64,000 nucleotides of DNA, taken from the NCBI GenBank assembly GCA_963804645.1, contig CAWDRG010000019.1:64001-128000 (forward strand), read 5' to 3'. The notes beneath the pieces were generated by a model. The model was not told the DNA's origin and searched no databases. It was given only the letters and a program-made list of their open reading frames with translations. Shown here one piece after another: positions 40,718-50,484 of this stretch; position 1 is the first letter of the stretch, and the number at the start of each line of letters is the position of its first letter. The stretch comes from an uncultured Bacillota bacterium (GTDB taxonomy: Bacteria; Sysuimicrobiota; Sysuimicrobiia; Sysuimicrobiales; Segetimicrobiaceae). The position numbers and the translations under genes are program-made.

Positions 40718-40861
40718 CTAGTCGTCCTCGGAGTCGACCCACTCCTCCTCGTCGGGCACGAACGGCCGGTGGCAGTGCGGACAGACGATCGGGTCGTTTT
40801 CCTCGGGAAGAAACAGGACCAGGACGGTCGCGGCGCAGTGCGGACACAGGACTCGGATCAT
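40718..40861 (-). CDS. 47-aa zinc-ribbon microprotein with an acidic tail
   Basis: CPHC...CPHC followed by DEEEWVDSEDD. Confidence 0.6.
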   Translation of the reverse strand: MIRVLCPHCAATVLVLFLPEENDPIVCPHCHRPFVPDEEEWVDSEDD

Positions 40862-41099
40862 GACGCTATCGTACCACGCGCCGCGGCGAGAACAGGAAGC
40901 GCGGGACGCGTCCCAGAATGCGGAACCGTCGCGATCGTGCGTGTGCCGCCCCGCACCGCATCCCGCGCGCCTCTCGATGCACCACGTCGTGGATGGAGAT
41001 GATCGATGCTGAACGGCGTCTCGGCCCGGTCGTCCAGAGGTAGGGGCGGGAGCCCCGGCGGTCCCGGCCGCGTCCCGGCGGCGTCGAACGGGCGCGCCC

Positions 41100-44024
41100 G
41101 TGGCTGACACGGCGGTGTCGCAGGACCTGGCCCACGATCTCCGGCGGCGCATCCGGGGCGAAGTCCGCTTCGACGCGGTCTCGCGGGCGCTCTACAGCAC
41201 GGACGCCAGCATTTACGAGATCGAACCGATCGGCGTCGTCCTGCCCCGGGACGCGGACGACATCCAGGCCGTGCTCGAGATCACACGCCGGGCGGGCGTC
41301 CCCGTGCTGCCGCGCGGCGGCGGGACGAGCCTCGCCGGCCAGACGGTCGGCCGGGCCGTGGTCATGGACTGCTCCAAGTACATGAACCGCGTCCTCGAGG
41401 TGGACGCCGACGCCGGGTGGGCGCGCGTGGAGCCCGGTATCGTGCGCAACGAGCTGCTGGCGGCCCTAGCGCCGTTGGGGCTGATCTTCGGGCCCGAGAC
41501 GTCCACCAGCAGCCGCGCGACAATCGGCGGGATGATCGGGAACAACTCCTCGGGATCGCGGTCGCTCGTGTACGGCAAGACGGTCGACACGGTCACCGCC
41601 GCCCGCGTCCTGCTCGCCGGCGGCGAGCCGCTCGCGTGCGCGGCGCTTGACGCGGAGGACGCCGCACTGCGCGCGCTGGGAGACGGCGCGGAAGGCCGGA
41701 TCTACCGCGAGGTGCTGCGGATCGTCGCCGCCACGCGGGAAGAGGTCGCCCGCCGGTTCCCCAAGGTCCAGCGCAGGGTCGGCGGCTACAACCTGGACGA
41801 GTTTCCGCCCGGCGGACCGGTGAACCTCGCCAAGCTGCTCGTCGGCTCCGAGGGGACCCTCGGCGTGGTCGTGGAGGCGACGGTGACGCTGGCGCGCCGG
41901 CCCGCGGCCACAGCACTCGCCGTCTTTCAGTTTGACGACATCATCCCGGCGCTGGAGTACACGCCCGAGATTCTCGAGACCCAGCCGACCGCGGTCGAAC
42001 TGACCGACAAGTTCATCCTCGACATGGCGCGCCAGGCGCGCGAGCACCGCCACCGGCTGACCTTCGTCGACGGCGACCCCGGCGCGATCGTGGCCGTGGA
42101 ATATGCCGGCGACAGCCCGGAGGCGCTGACCGCCAAGCTCGACGCGCTCGAGGTGCGGATGCGCCGCGCCGGGTTCGAGGGCCCGATGCGCCGGATCACC
42201 GAGCCCGGCGCCCAGTCAAACCTGTGGGCCGTGCGGGAGGCCGGGGTCGGGCTGCTGCTCGGGATGAAGACCGCCCGCAAGCCGGTCGCGTTCGTCGAGG
42301 ACAGCGCCGTGGGGCCCGCGCGGATCGCCGAGTACACCCGACGGTTTCGCGAGATCGTCCGCCGGCACGGCACCGAGGCGTCGTTCTACGGGCACGCGAG
42401 CGTCGGGCTGCTGCACACCCGGCCGATCCTGGATCTGAAGCAGGCCCGCGACATCGAGGAGATGCGGGAGATCGCGGGCGAGATCGCGGACCTGGTCCAA
42501 GAGTTTGGCGGGGCGCTCAGCGGCGAGCACGGGGACGGGCTCTCGCGCGGGGCGTTCATGGAGCAAATGTTTGGCTCCGAGCTCTACCAGGCGTTCCGGG
42601 GGATCAAAGCCGCGTTTGATCCCGAGGGACTGATGAACCCCGGCAAGATCGTCGGGGCTCCGCCCATGACTGAGTCGCTGCGGTACGGCCCGGCCTACCG
42701 CGCCGTCGTGCCGGCGACGATCCAGGATTTCACCCGGGACGGCGGCTTTGCCAACGCCGTCGAGCTGTGCAGCGGCGTCGGCGCGTGCCGGAAGCAGCGG
42801 AGCGGCACGATGTGCCCGTCGTACATGGTCACGCTGGAGGAGGCGCACAGCACGCGCGGGCGGGCGGACGCGCTGCGCGCGGCCATCGCCGGACACCTGC
42901 CTGACGCGCCGCTCGTGAGCCGAGCGCTCTACGAGGTCATGGATCTGTGCATCGGCTGCAAGGCGTGCAAGGCGGAGTGCCCGAGCAACGTCGACATGGC
43001 GAAGTTGAAGCACGAGTTTCTCGCCGCCTACCACGATGCGCACGGGCTGCCGGCGCGCGCCCGGCTGTTCGGGGGCGTCGCGGCGATGGGCCCGCTCGGC
43101 TGCGCCACCGCGCCGCTGTCCAACTGGGTGCTGGCGAGCCCGCCGGTGCGGTGGGCGCTCGACCGCGTCCTCGGGGTGGACGCGCGGCGGCGGCTGCCCG
43201 CGTTCACGCGGCAGCGGTTCTCGAAATGGTTCGCCGCCCGCCCGCGCGCGGCAGCCCCGCCGACGTCCGGCGCCGCGCCCGCGGGGCTGCCCGGCGGGGG
43301 ACGGGTGCGGCTGCTCGTCGATACGTTCACCGAGTACTACTATCCGGAGATCGGCCGAGCGGCCGTACGCGTGCTGGAAGCCGCCGGGTGCGAGGTGGCC
43401 CTCGCGGGCACGGTGTGCTGCGGGCGCCCCATGATCTCGCAGGGGATGCTGCGCGAGGCGAAGGCGCTCGCGGAGGAGAACGTCGGCCGCCTGCGCGCGT
43501 TCGCGGAGGGCGGCGTGCCCATCGTCGGGCTCGAGCCGTCGTGCGCGGCGACGCTGAAGGACGAGTACCCGGACCTCGTGCCGGGGCCGGCGGCCGAAGC
43601 CGTGGCGCGGCAGACGTTTCTGTTTGAGGAGTTTCTCGCCGCGCTCGCAGCGGCGGGGGTGCGCGTCCCCTACGCCCGGGAGGACCGCCGCGTGGTGCTG
43701 CACGGCCACTGCCACCAGAAGGCGCTCGTCGGCATCGGACCGTCCGCCGCCGCGCTTCGGGCGGTGCCGGGGTGGCAGGTCGAGCCGCTCGACTCCGGCT
43801 GCTGCGGCATGGCGGGGTCGTTCGGGGTGGAGCGCGAGCACTACGACGTGTCGCTGGCGATGGGCGAGCGCGTGCTGTTCAAGGCGGTCCGGGCGGCCCC
43901 CGCCGACGCGCTGATCGTCGCCGCCGGAGCGTCGTGCCGGCAGCAGATCGCGCACGGCACCGGCCGGCGTGCGGTGCACCTCGCGGAAGCGCTCGCCGGC
44001 GTCCTCGACGGGGGGGCCGCGTGA
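41100..44024 (+). CDS. FAD-linked oxidase / Fe-S fusion (YdiJ or D-2-hydroxyacid dehydrogenase-like)
   Basis: YSTDAS, RGGGTS, GSEGTLG, SGEHGDG, CIGCKACKAECP, CCG domains. Confidence 0.9.
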   Translation: MADTAVSQDLAHDLRRRIRGEVRFDAVSRALYSTDASIYEIEPIGVVLPRDADDIQAVLEITRRAGVPVLPRGGGTSLAGQTVGRAVVMDCSKYMNRVLEVDADAGWARVEPGIVRNELLAALAPLGLIFGPETSTSSRATIGGMIGNNSSGSRSLVYGKTVDTVTAARVLLAGGEPLACAALDAEDAALRALGDGAEGRIYREVLRIVAATREEVARRFPKVQRRVGGYNLDEFPPGGPVNLAKLLVGSEGTLGVVVEATVTLARRPAATALAVFQFDDIIPALEYTPEILETQPTAVELTDKFILDMARQAREHRHRLTFVDGDPGAIVAVEYAGDSPEALTAKLDALEVRMRRAGFEGPMRRITEPGAQSNLWAVREAGVGLLLGMKTARKPVAFVEDSAVGPARIAEYTRRFREIVRRHGTEASFYGHASVGLLHTRPILDLKQARDIEEMREIAGEIADLVQEFGGALSGEHGDGLSRGAFMEQMFGSELYQAFRGIKAAFDPEGLMNPGKIVGAPPMTESLRYGPAYRAVVPATIQDFTRDGGFANAVELCSGVGACRKQRSGTMCPSYMVTLEEAHSTRGRADALRAAIAGHLPDAPLVSRALYEVMDLCIGCKACKAECPSNVDMAKLKHEFLAAYHDAHGLPARARLFGGVAAMGPLGCATAPLSNWVLASPPVRWALDRVLGVDARRRLPAFTRQRFSKWFAARPRAAAPPTSGAAPAGLPGGGRVRLLVDTFTEYYYPEIGRAAVRVLEAAGCEVALAGTVCCGRPMISQGMLREAKALAEENVGRLRAFAEGGVPIVGLEPSCAATLKDEYPDLVPGPAAEAVARQTFLFEEFLAALAAAGVRVPYAREDRRVVLHGHCHQKALVGIGPSAAALRAVPGWQVEPLDSGCCGMAGSFGVEREHYDVSLAMGERVLFKAVRAAPADALIVAAGASCRQQIAHGTGRRAVHLAEALAGVLDGGAA

Positions 44025-45178
44025 TGGTGGGGCAGGTGTCCAAGGAGGAAGTTCTCGGCCGGCTTGACCGGACGCGGCGGAACGCAGCGGAGCGGGGCTT
44101 CGACGGCCTCGTCGTGATCGGCCGGTCCTTTTACGATCGATGCGGGGACCTCGCCTATCTCACCAATCACTTCCCGCCGTTTCCGGCGACCGTGTTCAGC
44201 GAGACGCAGAAAGGACTGGGGCATGGCGTGCTCGTCCTGCCCGTCCGCGGCGAACCGGCGCTGGTGATCGACGGGCGGGCGTACCGCAAGGAGATGATGG
44301 TCGTCGACGAGATCGTGGCGGATACCGATCTTGCGCGGGGCGTCGTCGGGGTGCTGCGGAGCCGCGCGCTCGGGACCGCGCGGGTGGGGCTCGTTGGCGA
44401 CGACATCATGCCGATCGCGATGTACCGGATGATCACCGAGGCGCTGCCCGCACTGCGGGTGGAGCCCGCCGACGAGATCGTCCGGCGGCAGCGCATCGTG
44501 AAGAGCGCCGCCGAACAGGCGCTGCTGCGGCACGCGGCCGAGGTCTCGGACGCCGGCCTGCGCGCGGCGCTCGGGCGCGTCCGTGAGGGCGCCACCGAGG
44601 CGAAGGTGTGCGCGGCCGGGATCGCCGCGGCGATGGAGGCGGGCGCCGATTTCGTGCGCTATCTGCGGGTGCACTCCGGCGTGTACAGCTCGTACGGGTC
44701 GCGCTGGCCGCAGGCGCTGCCCCGATGCATGGAGCGCGGAGATCTCGTCGCGATGGACATCATCGGCGCCGCCGGCGGGTACCAGTTCGACGTCCTGCGG
44801 ACCACGATCGTGGGCGCGCCCGACGCCGAGCACCGTACATTTCTGGATGCGGTGGCCCGCGCGGCGGACGCGGCGGTGGCCGCCGCCCGGCCGGGGGCGA
44901 TCTGCGGCGATCTCGTCCGAACCGCCAACGGACTGCTCGACGACGCCGGCTACGGCACGCACGCGCGGACGTTCATGGGGCACGGCATCGGGCTCGAGAC
45001 CGTGGAGGAACCCTATCTCACGCCGGAGGTGACGTCCCGCCTCGAGCCGGGCATGGTGATCTGCGTGGAGCCGGGCGTGTACATCCCGGGGTGGGGCGGC
45101 GCGAGCATCGAGCATGAATTGATCGTGACCGACGGCGCCCCCGAGGTCATCACACCGACACCGGCGCGCCAGTGGTGA
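44024..45178 (+). CDS. M24 family peptidase
   Basis: MD.....GYQFD..RT, GHGIGLE..E.P, PGMVICVEPG. Confidence 0.85.
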   Translation: MVGQVSKEEVLGRLDRTRRNAAERGFDGLVVIGRSFYDRCGDLAYLTNHFPPFPATVFSETQKGLGHGVLVLPVRGEPALVIDGRAYRKEMMVVDEIVADTDLARGVVGVLRSRALGTARVGLVGDDIMPIAMYRMITEALPALRVEPADEIVRRQRIVKSAAEQALLRHAAEVSDAGLRAALGRVREGATEAKVCAAGIAAAMEAGADFVRYLRVHSGVYSSYGSRWPQALPRCMERGDLVAMDIIGAAGGYQFDVLRTTIVGAPDAEHRTFLDAVARAADAAVAAARPGAICGDLVRTANGLLDDAGYGTHARTFMGHGIGLETVEEPYLTPEVTSRLEPGMVICVEPGVYIPGWGGASIEHELIVTDGAPEVITPTPARQW

Positions 45179-45259
45179 CGATCGCGCGGCACGCGTCCGC
45201 GGAGCCGGGGAATCGATTGACCGAGGTCTCGACCCGGGGCCTCCGAGGGCGGTGTCATC

Positions 45260-45745
45260 GTGGGACTGACGCGCCGTAGGATCGTGGGCGACATGGTGCT
45301 CGGCACCGCCTTGCTCGCCTTTGGGCAGGAGGCCTCCGCGCAGTCCGATCCGCTGCCGTCCTGGAACAACGGACCCGCGAAACGGGCGATCACTCAGTTC
45401 GTGGCAGCCACCACCGATCGGTTGAGCCGCCAGTATGTGACGGACCGACCGCTCCGGCCGCGTGGCGTTGACGGGGATTCTCAGCCTCGTGGGATGTCAG
45501 AAAGCCTGCCTCGCGATCGTCCCCCAGCCCGTCACTCCCGCCGTCACACCGAGCATCCAGGTCAGTACGACCATGGGAAAGATCTCCGAATGGACGCTCG
45601 CGCGCCGCTCGTGGAGAGTTTCCCGTGTGACCATAACGGCCAGATCCACGTCTCCGACGTGATCGGGCCGGAGATGTCCGTGGCGCTGTCGGGCGCCCCG
45701 CCGAATGCCGTGCTGAACGTGCGGGCGTGGATCGTGCTCTCCTGA
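45260..45745 (+). pseudogene. Probable truncated or chimeric gene: the N-terminus resembles secreted HAD-like hydrolases
   Basis: Tat-like RRR signal and DPLPSWNNGPAKRAITQFV, after which the expected DxDGT motif is absent. Confidence 0.4.
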
Positions 45746-45764
45746 CGCGCCGCCGGGGACGGGG

Positions 45765-46163
45765 CTAGGATTTGAACACGCCGCGGCCGACGGCGACCGG
45801 CGTCCCGGCCTCGTCTACGACCTCGATGTCGGCGACGGCCGTCGACCGGCCGACCCTGACGGCGCGCGCGGTGGCCGTGAGTGCTCCGGGGGCGGCCGGC
45901 CGCAGGTAGTCGACGCGGAGATCGATCGTGGGCACGTCGTGGCCGACCGCGGCGATGATCGCGAAGTCGCCGGCCGCATCGATCAGGGAGGCGATCGCAC
46001 CTCCGTGGATGTAGCGTCCCGCGGCGTCGTCCCCCGCGAGGAGGTCCTCGCGAAACGGCATCCGGATGACGACCTCACCTGCCGACGCGCGCGTCATCTC
46101 CAACCCCAGCAGCCGGTGGTACGGCGACTGCCGCAGCAGTTCCGCGAGCGAGTCGGGCGGCAT
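45765..46163 (-). CDS. PaaI family thioesterase
   Basis: IHGGAIASLID, TIDLRVDYLRP. Confidence 0.9.
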   Translation of the reverse strand: MPPDSLAELLRQSPYHRLLGLEMTRASAGEVVIRMPFREDLLAGDDAAGRYIHGGAIASLIDAAGDFAIIAAVGHDVPTIDLRVDYLRPAAPGALTATARAVRVGRSTAVADIEVVDEAGTPVAVGRGVFKS

Positions 46164-47725
46164 CACTCGCCGCCGCCCTTGAGGATGCCGAAGGACGACT
46201 CGGCGCGCTTCCGCAGCGCCGCCCGGTCGACCTTGCCGGTGCTGCCGAGCGGCGCCGCGTCGATGACCAGGACGCGCCGAGGATGGGCGTACGCGGGGCC
46301 GCGGCTCAGGAAGAACTGCTTCAGCTCGTCCTCGGCGACCGTGTGCCCCTCGTGCAGCACCACGAACGCCACGGGAGCCTCTCCCTTGACCGCGTGCGGG
46401 ACCGGGACGACGAAGACCTCCCGCACGGCGGGATGGCGGAGCAGCGTGTCCTCGACTTCTTTGGGGTAGACGTTCTCGCCGCCGACATTGATCATGTCGT
46501 CCATCCGCCCGAGCACGTAGTAATAGCCGTCCTCGTCGCAGCGCGCCAAGTCGCCCGTGTGCAGCCATCCGTCCGCGTCGATCTTCCTGGCCGTGAGCTC
46601 CGGCGCCTTGTAGTACCCTGCGGCGACCCCCGGATTACGCGTCCACAGCTCTCCGGGCTCACCCGGACCGGCCGGGTGCCCGTCGGGCGTGACGACGCGC
46701 ACCTCGCAGCCCGGGAGGGGCAGGCCGCAGCTGCCGAGCTTCCGGGGCCCGAAGCGCGGACTTTCAAACACGACCGGCCCGCCCTCGGTGAGGCCGTACC
46801 CCTCGCTGATGCCCGCGCCGAACGTCGCCTGAAACTCCGCGAGGAGGTCCGGCGGCACCATCGCCGACCCGCACGCCGCCCACCGGATGGACGTGACGTC
46901 GTGCTCGGCCAGCAGCCGGCGCTCGTTCAGCAGCAGGCGGTACATCGCGGGCACGCCCGTGAGGTACGTGCAGCGGTGCCGCGCGATCGCGCGAATGACC
47001 TCGGCCGCGTCGAACCCGGGGAGGATGACGACGGCGCCGCCGGCCATCAGCAGCGGTTTCACCGCCGAGGCCATCGCGTTCTTATGGTACAGCGGAACCG
47101 CCACCAGCCCGCGGTCGGTCTCGTCGAACATCATGATTCGGCGGACCATGTCCATGTTCCAGTACTGGCCGCCGTGCGTCAGGAGCACGCCCTTGGGCCG
47201 GCCGGTCGACCCGGAGGTATACGGCTGCATGCACACGTCGTCCGGGGAGACCGCGGCGCTCTCGAACTCCGGGGAGGCGTCGTCGAGCAGCCGGTCGTAC
47301 GGCAGGGCGCCCGCCGGCGGCCGCTCCGTCACCACCAGCGCGCGGAGCGCCGGCACGTCCGCCTTGAGCCGGACCGCCTGGTCCGCCAGCGCGTGCGCGG
47401 CGATCAGTACCTGCGCATCCGAGTGCTCCACGCAGTACCGCAGCGTGTCGTAGCCGAGCCGCACGTTCAGCGGGACCGGGACCGCGCCGGCCCGCATCGT
47501 GCCGAAGCACAGTTCGATGAACCGCCATTCGTTCGGGAAGAGCAGGGCGACCCGGGCGCCCGCGCCGACGTCGAGACCGCGGAGCAGGCTCGCCACCCGG
47601 CGCATCCGGCCGTCGAGCGCTCGATAGGTCAGCGTGACCCCATCCTGGATGACCGCCGGCCGTTCGGGGAACGCGCACGCCGGCACGTAGATCAGTTCGC
47701 CGAAGTTGGTGGGAGACGTCTGCAT
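46163..47725 (-). CDS. AMP-dependent acyl-CoA ligase
   Basis: YTSGSTGRPKG, GYGLTE, GWLHTGD, GGENVYP. Confidence 0.9.
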   Translation of the reverse strand: MQTSPTNFGELIYVPACAFPERPAVIQDGVTLTYRALDGRMRRVASLLRGLDVGAGARVALLFPNEWRFIELCFGTMRAGAVPVPLNVRLGYDTLRYCVEHSDAQVLIAAHALADQAVRLKADVPALRALVVTERPPAGALPYDRLLDDASPEFESAAVSPDDVCMQPYTSGSTGRPKGVLLTHGGQYWNMDMVRRIMMFDETDRGLVAVPLYHKNAMASAVKPLLMAGGAVVILPGFDAAEVIRAIARHRCTYLTGVPAMYRLLLNERRLLAEHDVTSIRWAACGSAMVPPDLLAEFQATFGAGISEGYGLTEGGPVVFESPRFGPRKLGSCGLPLPGCEVRVVTPDGHPAGPGEPGELWTRNPGVAAGYYKAPELTARKIDADGWLHTGDLARCDEDGYYYVLGRMDDMINVGGENVYPKEVEDTLLRHPAVREVFVVPVPHAVKGEAPVAFVVLHEGHTVAEDELKQFFLSRGPAYAHPRRVLVIDAAPLGSTGKVDRAALRKRAESSFGILKGGGE

Positions 47726-47752
47726 GAGCATCGGTGCCGGTCCTCTCGACGG

Positions 47753-48739
47753 CTACTCCTGCGGCCGAATGATGATCTTGCCGAACACGTCCCGCTCTTC
47801 CAGGAGACGCTCGCCCTCCGCGGTGGCGGCGAGCGGCAGGCGGCGGTCGATCACCGGGCGCAGCTGCCCCGACTGCACCGCACCCAGCACCGCCTCGAGG
47901 TCCGCGCGGCTCCAGCCGTCCGAGCCGAGCACGGTGAGCTCGCGGGTCCACACATAGCGGAGGTCGGTCTTCGCGTCGTACCCGGAGGTGGCGCCGCACA
48001 CCAGGAGCCGGCCGCCCTTGCGCAGGCTGCGGATGCTGCGCGGCCACGTGTCGGCCCCGGTGTAGTCGACGACGACGTCCACCCCGCGCTTCTGCGTGAG
48101 CCGCCAGACCTCCCGGTCGAACTCGACGTCCCGGTAGTTGATGAGGTGGTCGGCGCCGAGGGCCGCGAGCTTCGCCAGCTTGTCCTCGCGCGACGCCGCC
48201 GCGTACACGACGCACCCCGCGAGCTTCGCGATCTGGACGCACGCGGTCCCCACGCCGCCCGCCGCGCCGAGGATTAGGACGCGCTCCATCGGCTGCAGAC
48301 CGCCGCGAGTCACGAGCATGCGCCACGCCGAGCCGTAGGCGATCGGCAGGGCCGCGGCGTCGTCGAAGGTCATCGCGTCGGGGAGCGGGATGAGGTTCGC
48401 AGTCGGCACCCGGACGTACTCGGCGAGGCCGCCGGGGATGTCCTCGCCGATCGCGCCCCCGTCGATGGCGGGATCGACCACCACGCGCTCGCCCACCCGC
48501 ACCGCCGAGTCGCCGGGACCGATCTCCGCGACCACCCCCGCGATATCCCCGCCGGACGTGAACGGCAGGGGCGTGGGCTTCCCGGGCATGCCGCGCCGCA
48601 CGAACACATCGAGGTGGTTGAGGCCGCAGGCGTGGACCTGGACGACGGCGTGCCCCGGCCCGGCGCGGGGCGTCGGCACATCCGACTCGAGCCGCAGTAC
48701 GTCGCGTCCCCCGTGTTCGTGAAAGACGACCGCCCGCAT
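47753..48739 (-). CDS. MDR-family (zinc-binding / quinone) oxidoreductase
   Basis: GLNHLD, GAAGGVG, CGATSG, FGKIII. Confidence 0.88.
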   Translation of the reverse strand: MRAVVFHEHGGRDVLRLESDVPTPRAGPGHAVVQVHACGLNHLDVFVRRGMPGKPTPLPFTSGGDIAGVVAEIGPGDSAVRVGERVVVDPAIDGGAIGEDIPGGLAEYVRVPTANLIPLPDAMTFDDAAALPIAYGSAWRMLVTRGGLQPMERVLILGAAGGVGTACVQIAKLAGCVVYAAASREDKLAKLAALGADHLINYRDVEFDREVWRLTQKRGVDVVVDYTGADTWPRSIRSLRKGGRLLVCGATSGYDAKTDLRYVWTRELTVLGSDGWSRADLEAVLGAVQSGQLRPVIDRRLPLAATAEGERLLEERDVFGKIIIRPQE

Positions 48740-48860
48740 GATGTCTCCACCCCGTGCGGCGGACGGCCCCGTCGGCCCGCCCGCACTGCCGCTGTGGAAA
48801 CTTCGCGGCGTGCGGGCGCATCACCTAGATAAGATGAACGAGCCGGCGACCCGCGTAATA

Positions 48861-49110
48861 CCTGAATCCGGCGGCATCTGCGCAGACTTTGGAGCAAGCA
48901 CGACCTGCTCGCGGAAGCTCGCGAATTGCTTGGGCCGGTGCGATCCAAGGGACGAAATTGTGCCCTTCCAGGATAATCTACACTCCAGTGTAGATTATCC
49001 TGGCAGGGCACAATTTCGTCGTCCATCGGCCCGCCGGTGCATGTCATTGGCAAGCTTCCGCGAGCAGATCGTGCTGGCTCTAAAGTCTGGACATTTCCGC
49101 CGGATTCAGG
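48861..49110. mobile_element. 250-bp foldback MITE with IS1380-like ends
   Basis: CCTGAATCCGGCGG...CCGCCGGATTCAGG; TAATA duplicated at 48856-48860 and 49111-49115; palindromic along most of its length. Confidence 0.8.
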
Positions 49111-49166
49111 TAATACGTGGGTTGCCACCAGGACGGAGGCCTATCCACATACGGGGGTGCCGGCTC

Positions 49167-50275
49167 ATGGATCAGCATAGCATAGTGGTTGGTCTGGATG
49201 TCCACAAAGGGAGCATCACGGCCGCGGTCCTGCCGCCAAACGTTGCGCGGCCTCAGGAGACGTGCACGATCGAGAACGACGCGCGGGCCGTCGAGCGCTT
49301 GGTGAAACGGATCATGAAGAACGGGAATGCGGTGTTTGTGTACGAGGCGGGGCCGTGTGGATATACGCTGCACCGGCAGTTGTATCGTCTGGGCTGCCAG
49401 GCGGCGGTGATCGCCCCGGGCCTGACGCCCGTGCGTCCCGGCGATCGGGTCAAAACGGATCGGCGTGACGCGGAGAACTTGGCCCAACTCTATCGCGCGG
49501 GGCAACTCACGGAAATTCGGGTGCCCACCGGGGAAGAGGAAGCGGCCAGAGACCTCGTCCGTGCGCGCGAAGACGCCGTGGCCGACCGGCTGCGCGCCCG
49601 ACATCGGCTGAGCAAATTTCTCCTTCGTCAAGGACGGCTGTACGATGGCAAGCAAGCGTGGAGTCAGAAGCATTACGCGTGGCTCCGTCAGCAACGGTTT
49701 GAGTTGACGTTGGCCCAGCAGACGTTTGATGCGTATCTCCGCGGGGTCGAAGAAGCCGACGCCCGGTTGGCGAGTTTGACCACCCAGGTGCTCGAACTGG
49801 CGCAACGGCCGAGCTATGCGGCGCTTGTGCAAGGCCTGCGCTGTCTGAAAGGCGTCGACACGCTGACCGCGATCACACTGATTGTCGAAACACAGGACTT
49901 CCGGCGCTTTGGGCACGCCCGCGCGTACATGGACTTCACCGGCTTGGTGTGCTCCGAGAACAGCAGCGGAGACAGGACCCGCCGCGGCTCTATTACGAAA
50001 GTCGGCAACGCGCATCTCCGCCGTGTCCTGGTCGAGCGGCCTGGAGCTACTCGCATCACAACAGCAGCGGCGCGACGATCACCAAACGACGCCACGGCTG
50101 TCCGGCGGCAGTGGTGCAGATCGCCCGCCGTGCGCAGGACCGGCTTCACCGCCGCTACTGGCGCCTGACCCAGCGCAATAAGCCACGGCCAGTCGCGATC
50201 GTCGCCGTCGCGCGGGAGTTGGCAGGATTCGTCTGGGCAATCGCGCATAGCGTGTCGAGCACCACCGCGGCGTAG
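49167..50275 (+). pseudogene. IS110 recombinase #1, frameshifted near 50036
   Basis: GLDVHK, YEAG, KTDRRDA, SENSSG; LRRVLVE continues as AAWSY...AVARELAGFVW in another frame. Confidence 0.88.
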
Positions 50276-50339
50276 AGTACCAGGAACAGATTCCGAGGAT
50301 CGACGGACGTGTTCTGGACCTGGAGGCGAAGCAGCGGTC

Positions 50340-50472
50340 AGGAGCATCCTCGAGGGGTCTATGTGGCGGACAGGCTGACGTCTGTGCCGACCCACGTTCC
50401 TAGATTGAGGCAGCTCCCGACGAATCACAATCATGTGCGCTCTGCCCGCTTCGTGCGGGTAACCGCCGAATA
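50340..50472 (+). ncRNA. Putative bridge/seek RNA of IS110 #1, 5' part (continues at about 51905-51925)
   Basis: Stem-flanked internal loop carrying GGGGTCTA and CCTAGA, which match its own empty site CACCTAGACCTC; stem arm GAATCAC pairs with GTGATTC at 51910-51916. Confidence 0.65.
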
Positions 50473-50484
50473 CGCATGAAAATG

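Noticed and set aside
48738..49166. N-terminal extension of the IS110 #1 ORF
   Set aside because: It reads through the element end and the MITE; homology begins at MDQHSIVVGLDVHK (49167).
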